DNA from: Polymyxa betae A26-41
Lineage: Eukaryota; Protista; Endomyxa: Phytomyxea
Assembly: GCA_003693705.1 (NCBI GenBank)
Contig: RBZT01000754.1
Location: forward strand, 9,170-73,169
Length of the DNA stretch: 64,000 nucleotides
Direction: 5' to 3'
This document shows positions 58,104 to 64,000 of this stretch, piece after piece. The notes under the pieces were generated by a model. It saw only the letters and a list, made by a program, of their open reading frames with translations. It searched no databases and had not been told where the DNA came from. The translations under genes were made by a program, and so were the position numbers. The stretch's first letter is position 1; each line of letters begins with the position of its first letter.

Positions 58104-60724
58104 TATTGGAATCAAAATTAGTCAATGACAAGCGTTCTTCTCATCAGTGACTCATCATCTCATCAGTGATCAAGACCGCAAGATTCAAATCCAACATTAA
58201 TAGCAGAAGTACAGACACTTTCATTTTTGGATTAAAATTGAAACGTCTCCTTCTCTGTAGAACGACATCTTTTAAGCATCCAAAAGGTGATGGGCCTTCC
58301 TAACGACTCCACTGCGCCATCATCAGGCAACGACCAACCCCATGAGTCAGAAACGCCTCCGGCCAGCAACGTCCACTGGATGAATCTACCACTCAACATT
58401 CTACAACTCAACTGAATCGCTTGCTGTTCGGTGAATCATCATCGCAATCGACACACGATCGGCAAACCTTTCCCACTCCGACATCCCCAAGGGCTCTGTT
58501 CTCATCGGAGACTCCTTCCACGGTCCCTGAGATAGTCCGTGATGATGTTCAACTGCAGACTCAGCCAAAATGAGCAGACTCCCTCATTCACAGGAAGCAC
58601 GGCCTCCTTTGCCGCAATCCGTAACGATCCTAATCAGGCTCATGGCGCATCTCATGAAACGCCTGAAGCAAACGATTCCAGACAGGACTGTGGCGCGGCC
58701 TCCTCCGGAACGACTTCTCTCGCGGTCTGTGACAATCCCTGCAGACAGGCCACCACTGAAACACAGTCTGCCAATTTTGACAGCACAGCAGCACCTCCGT
58801 TATGACTAAACGAGCTCAAGCTCTTTATGACAAGCTTATTCCAACAACTGCAACAATTACGGCAGACATGTCCCCAATCACAGCCTACACTCACGGAGAA
58901 TCTTCCCTCCAAGAAACACATTGCCCCAACAACTGCTTTATTAACACATCTGCCTCAGACTTGGCATCAAGCCAAATGCCCTCCATATTTGGAATCTAAT
59001 CAGCGTCTGAATGGCATGCTGATTTTCTCAACATGGAAGGATCGGTTCACCAATAAAGGCTGCAGCTCTCCAACCTCTATGCAGTAGTGCTCGGCTGTTT
59101 ATCTTTTCCGCACATTGATCCAAACGGGAACTGTCAGTGCCCCTGTGATACGTGCTCAGAGTCCCATATTTTAGACCGGGTTGCACTAGGTTATCTCAAG
59201 GATCAAGTTAATGACCATATTCTGATCGGTGCACGGAAGAACAAAACCGCCAAAAAGCTGTTTTCCTATCTGTTGTCCGAATATGGGTCTAGAAACCCCG
59301 ACCGAACGGAAGCATTGAGTATGCAACTTATAGCTCAAATGGAGGTGATTCCGTACCCCAAGGACGCTTCCGGATATCAAATGGAAAAGTTCATTAATCA
59401 GATTGATGCAATAAGCGCACAGTTACTTGCGCTCGGCGACAATCGTGTCACTGATCGACGAATCGGACTTCTGGTGGCATCCAAATTCCCGGACGAAAAG
59501 TCCAAGGAAGAAGTGATTCACCAGGAATTGTCCTGGTCTGACATCAAACACAAGATCCTCCTTCGTCGAAGCCTGCAACGCCCACGACCGACAGTTGAAA
59601 AGCCACAAAAGCCAGTTTTCACTTGTTTATATTGTCACAAGAAGAATCACTTGGCCACTGACTGTCGTCGGCGTATCGCAGATGAATCCGGCAACAACAG
59701 CTCCGACAAGGGCTCTGATGGCCACAAGGAATCGAAGAAGCAGAAAAAACTGCATCCTTGATGGATACTCTTACCCAAAATAAAGTCAAGGAATTTGATG
59801 CTGATCCCACCGACTCAATTTCGATGATAATCACGCCAAAACAGCATATCAGACGGAGAAATATCACATTCATTATTGATAGCGGTTGCACTCAGCCCGC
59901 ATTTGTAGATAGAGAAGTGCTCAATGACTACACTGCGAATAGCGATGCAAGCAGAAGAGTACAGATGGCGGACAATTCCGAAGTCCCCATAGCTGGAGCT
60001 GGAACGGTAATAATCAAAACTGCAAGTGGCAACACGCGGACTCAGTGATATTTAAACTGCGAAACGCAAACCATATCCCGCGACTAAAAGACAATGATTT
60101 CTCCGACAGAGCAGCAGCCGATAAGGGAATTACCACCGTTTTCGACGAGGACAATATTTATCTATACACTATCTCAGGAAGAAATTTGCTAACGGTCGGC
60201 AATAGAAACAATAATCTATATATATATCAGGCAATACATTTTACAATATAAATCTTCCAAAAATTCAAGCCCTAAACATGATTTCGTCAATAGCATCCGA
60301 AGCCACCTGTCATGCACGATTTGGTCATATCAATCAAGGGCCCTTGAAATCTCTAATACGAGATGAATTGCCCCAAGGCATCAGAGTCAGCGGACGCAAA
60401 CATTCGAATTGCGATTCATGTATATACGGAAAAGGAACTAGAACACCATTTCGCTCAAAATCCATAAATCAGAAAGCAACTGAAGCAATAGGACGAGTCT
60501 CGACCGATTTATGCGGTCCATTTACACAGACGCCTGCTTTTGATGGCGAATTATACGTCATGATTATTTTGGATCATCTCTCTCATTACTCAGAGGTTTT
60601 CTGCTTAAAACAAAAATCAGAAGCATTCTTAAGCTATAAGATTTATCACAAACGCGCTAAAGCTCAACATAACAAAGAGATAAAAATTCTGCGCATCGAT
60701 GGAGGGGGAGAATTTTCTTCCACA
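58104..60724 (+). mobile_element. Ty1/Copia 5' half (LTR 58104-58285, PBS-like GGTGATGGGCC, gag, PR, IN)
   Basis: CLYCHKKNHLATDC; FIIDSGCT; HARFGH..CDSCIYGK; TDLCGP; LRIDGGGEF. Interrupted at 60725. Confidence 0.9.
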
Positions 60725-60849
60725 GGAAGATGCGGTAACAGTGACACTACGTGATACTAAAATCGATATGTATGAAAATACTGGGAGAGCCGCACCTATG
60801 CATTGTTTGGCGGGTACGGCTCTCCCAAAAAATTAATGACAATTTGAGA

Positions 60850-61846
60850 CTATGCGCTCTGCCTAGAGTAAAAAATGTTTTTAGGTGTGTAACTTGACTG
60901 TACCTCGAAGCGGTAATCATCGTCACACTGCTGGATGAAATCAAGGACCAGAGACTCGGCGCCATTGTTGTTGACCCACCAGTTGTCAATGCAGTCTGGG
61001 TGAGTTATAACAGGGAGTGGCAGCTCCACTTTATTGACGTACTCCAGTGGGGTATTGGCTTTGAAATAGGACATTAGACATTGTCTTTGATCGTCATCGT
61101 CGACGTCATAATCTTCATGATCGTACTTTTTCTTATTAGCGAACATTTTCGCCGTCAGTCTGTTGGGGCTGCGGATATGAAACAGAATTTCAAGACCGTC
61201 GTTCGATATTTCCTGCGTAATATCAGTTCCTGGAAACAATGTAAATATAACGATAGTGTGATGATTCAAGGTTTGATGATCCAGATAGTGCGTAATGTGG
61301 TGCATTTGCAAGCGATTTTCAGAATTGGTATCAGCTTCGACAGCCGAATGGATCGCTTCGACTTTGGATTGTGTTGGGGTCATGTTCTTCGAAGGGCAGG
61401 GTGGTGATGAGGATGGGCGTTTTCCGCCGAATATGATCGGCGTAGACGGAATTCTGGGTTTTTGTCAGGCCGCATTACATCATCACCGCCGAACATTGTT
61501 TTTATATCAGCAGGATAAGAATCGAAGGAAGACTGATTTGAGTCAGCGATGGAGTCACTATCGCCTTTTACTCAAATCAAGAATTTATCCGGAAGGCTGG
61601 AAGCAAACAGTACTTACATCCTCTCCAAATTTCATTGGACTGATTATTAATATCCCGGGCCAATACTTTCGCCAGCATCGGTAGCTTCACCTTAATATCT
61701 TTGCCTGTCGGCTGCTTCACCTTAATATCTTTGCCTGTCGGCTGCTTCACGTCCCCCTTGTCATGCTCACTCCTCATCAGACAATGCAGGTAGGGCTTGA
61801 CAAAGTCGAACGATTACGGGGAATTGGTCGACCATGGCACAGACAT
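60850..61846 (-). pseudogene. Accessory gene A copy 2 (~300 aa reconstructed; intron 61565-61617; Hsp20/alpha-crystallin-like C-terminus) on a MULE end starting at 60725
   Basis: ATG at 61846 (MSVPWSTNSP*SFDFVKPYLHCL...). Intron GTAAGT...AAAG. ORF 60850-61383 with TIVIFTLFPG-TDITQEISNDG-LEILFHI...KVELPLPV...NNGAESLVLDF. Confidence 0.72.
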
Positions 61847-62399
61847 GATTCAGCAATCGATCAGATTACAGAATGGTGAAACATATGGTGGGATGGCGGG
61901 CATGGTAGGCCGTACATGGTCCGCAGAGGGTACAGCAGAAGGTGGCCGCGGCTGTGGGGAATGCTGACTGGCGCCCCAGTGGTAGACACTATTGCATACC
62001 ACTGGAAGCCGGCCACCAAAGAGAACAATCATGCTCCAAACATGTGAATGCCCCGCCATATCGGATGTTTGGTGCGCCACTGTGAGCTGCAACGGAAAAG
62101 TGCGCTGCGTAGCTCTTTATTCTATCTTCAATACTCACCAAAATTTGGATTGACGGTAAACGAAAAGTTCAGCAGCATTCAGCGTTTAGTCAATAAATGC
62201 TTCCTGCAGTCAGCGTCTGGCAGAACACATTCTGACGTCGTCTTCGACTTTCGTGTTCATAACAACGCACAAAAGTTATCATTGGTCACTATAAAAGCCC
62301 TAACATGTAGCACCAATACAAGCTGACACGACTGACCTATCGCTGAACCGAACTGCACAACCTGGGATAATCGCTGAACCACGATGAATCGACTTTTAC

Positions 62400-63240
62400 C
62401 GGCTCACCATTTTAGACCCGATTAGCTCAAGGCTCTTTGCGGTGGGTTGCGCCCGCATTGGCCGTTTTCATATGTACGTTATGATATGATGGGTGCACCA
62501 ATTTTGTTACTGTACAAAATTCTCGCATATCGTATTCCAATGCGGTGCGTAATTATAATGCGCAGTGGGCATGGTTTCAACTTGTTACGAGTTTTCGTTT
62601 GTGAGAAGAGCGTTTTCTCATATGCCTTCTTGTATGGAATCTCGTCTGGGACCCCGACTGGTTTGAAGAGAGATGCTCTCAAATCATGAATTACCGATCT
62701 TCATTTCATACAGCCACCTGGGAGAGGCATATCAGGTCGCACTGTGGCGTTTCCATAGGTATTATCATCATCCTAAATGATCTCCTGAATTTGCGCTCGC
62801 CGGAGGAACGAGAACTCTTATTATCGGTAAAATTTATTACGATTGTGTGTTAAAGGCGGAGGCCAAATTCGCCATCAGGAGGGAGGGAATAAGAATCCTG
62901 TCCCCTCAATTCGCCAAAGATCTAGCTTCTGGACCTCCCTTTGATTCGCGAGTTTGGTACTTCGACTCCAAATCTCTTTCAATGTCTTGGCTTGGGTAGG
63001 CAACGGGTGAATCGATGTTGAAGTTATCGACTCGTTTGAAGAATGATTCAAGATCGAGGCGCCGAGGTCGGGTGATCACCCCAAGGCCCGAGGCTTGCGC
63101 CAACCTGCTGAGGTGTTAACACACTGGTGCTGTTAGAAGGGTACAGTGTCTCTAGTCCTTGAACCACTGGGATCCCAGTTAGCTCTTGGGCTCCACAACC
63201 GCCACGCGGGAGCCGCAGTTCTCTTGACTGTACCATCAGC
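62400..63240 (-). pseudogene. Possible Gypsy gag remnant
   Basis: KYQTRESKGGPEARSL...LMANL loosely resembles gag-like remnants at 7300-7480 and 44300-44500. Confidence 0.35.
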
Positions 63241-63469
63241 ACAACTCACGCAACGCGGCATTTGGTTGTGGCTTTAAAACAAAAATTAAACAACCTGTGT
63301 GAGACTCGAACCTAGAGCCTGACTGTAACATCCTCATTCCACAGACGCTTCGCTTCGTAAGGTGCAGGACTCGTTGATCCACATGAACGTGAGCGACCAG
63401 CAACAACAAGAAATAATGTTCGAAGCAACGGGACATTCTGACAAAGTGGCCATTCAATATTATGCATCC

Positions 63470-64000
63470 GGACCGCAATCACGGAAATCTGAAGCCATCG
63501 TCCAGTTAAAAACACGACCGGATATCTCTCATACTGTCCAACAAGTCGCACAATTCTGCGAAAACCCGGGCTTTGAGCACTGGTACGCAATAAAACGCAT
63601 TTTTACTTATTTGAAGGGCACTTCACATTACGTTCTAGAATTCGATGGAGAATCGGATTTTCTTGCCGCATATTGTGCACAAGGTCCCATAAAATGTGCA
63701 CCTTTCGCATTTTTTGCTGACTCAGATTGGGCCAATGACCCCGATCAGAGAAAGTCTGTCGGAGGTTACGACCTTATGTTTTACGGGGGAGTGGTGGACT
63801 ATATTTCTAAAACGTTCACAGACACGCCACGGTCATCAACGGAAGCAGAATGGTATGCTGCATGTGAAGCTGCCAAAGCAGGACTATGGTTACGAAACCT
63901 ATTGTCAGAAATGGGTTGTGCCTTGACACAGCCACTGGTAATTTTCGAGGATAACCAGCGATGTATATCCTACGGCCACCTGTTGGTTTTCTCGCTCGGT
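63470..64000 (+). pseudogene. Copia RT C-terminus / RNase H fragment
   Basis: TRPDIS...HWYAIKRIFTYLKGT; DSDWAND..RKSVGG; SSTEAEW; IFEDNQ. Confidence 0.9.

Noticed and set aside
61683-61750. 30-bp tandem duplication as a functional repeat
   Set aside because: A private in-frame duplication (KQPTGKDIKV) in copy 2 only, absent from copy 1.
61950-62250. PIF1/Helitron helicase remnant (SMIVLFGGRLPVV, resembling FGG..V..GDF.QLPPV)
   Set aside because: A single weak motif with no clear Walker A/B and no Helitron termini.
1-64000. Non-standard genetic code (TAR = Gln) explaining the in-frame stops
   Set aside because: Long Gln-rich ORFs use CAA/CAG, stops also replace Tyr, Trp or Glu positions, frameshifts are as common as stops, and genes end in TAA.

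Overview
Eukaryotic DNA with short GT-AG introns of about 35-100 nt. It looks like a fungus-, oomycete- or protist-type microbial eukaryote, but the species cannot be determined from the sequence. I found no intact host gene, RNA gene or CRISPR array. Almost the whole 64 kb is a nested graveyard of decayed transposable elements: several Ty1/Copia and Ty3/Gypsy (chromodomain) LTR retrotransposons with solo LTRs, one hAT element, a CryptonF tyrosine-recombinase element plus a second GCR1_C remnant, two MULE families, several PIF/Harbinger elements, a CMC(CACTA)-like transposase, a pogo-like transposase, and ~168-bp and ~330-bp tandem repeats. Three signals stand out. (1) An apparently three-gene MULE carries an accessory gene with an alpha-crystallin/Hsp20-like sequence pattern, present in two copies. 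(2) A Harbinger clade has partner proteins that end in a SHOCT-like motif (4 copies); one copy is complete and has two transposase introns absent where sibling copies can be compared. (3) Nucleosome-sized satellites share an 18-bp box, which suggests pericentromeric or centromeric heterochromatin. All family calls come from manual motif recognition with no database searches, and boundaries of decayed pieces are approximate.
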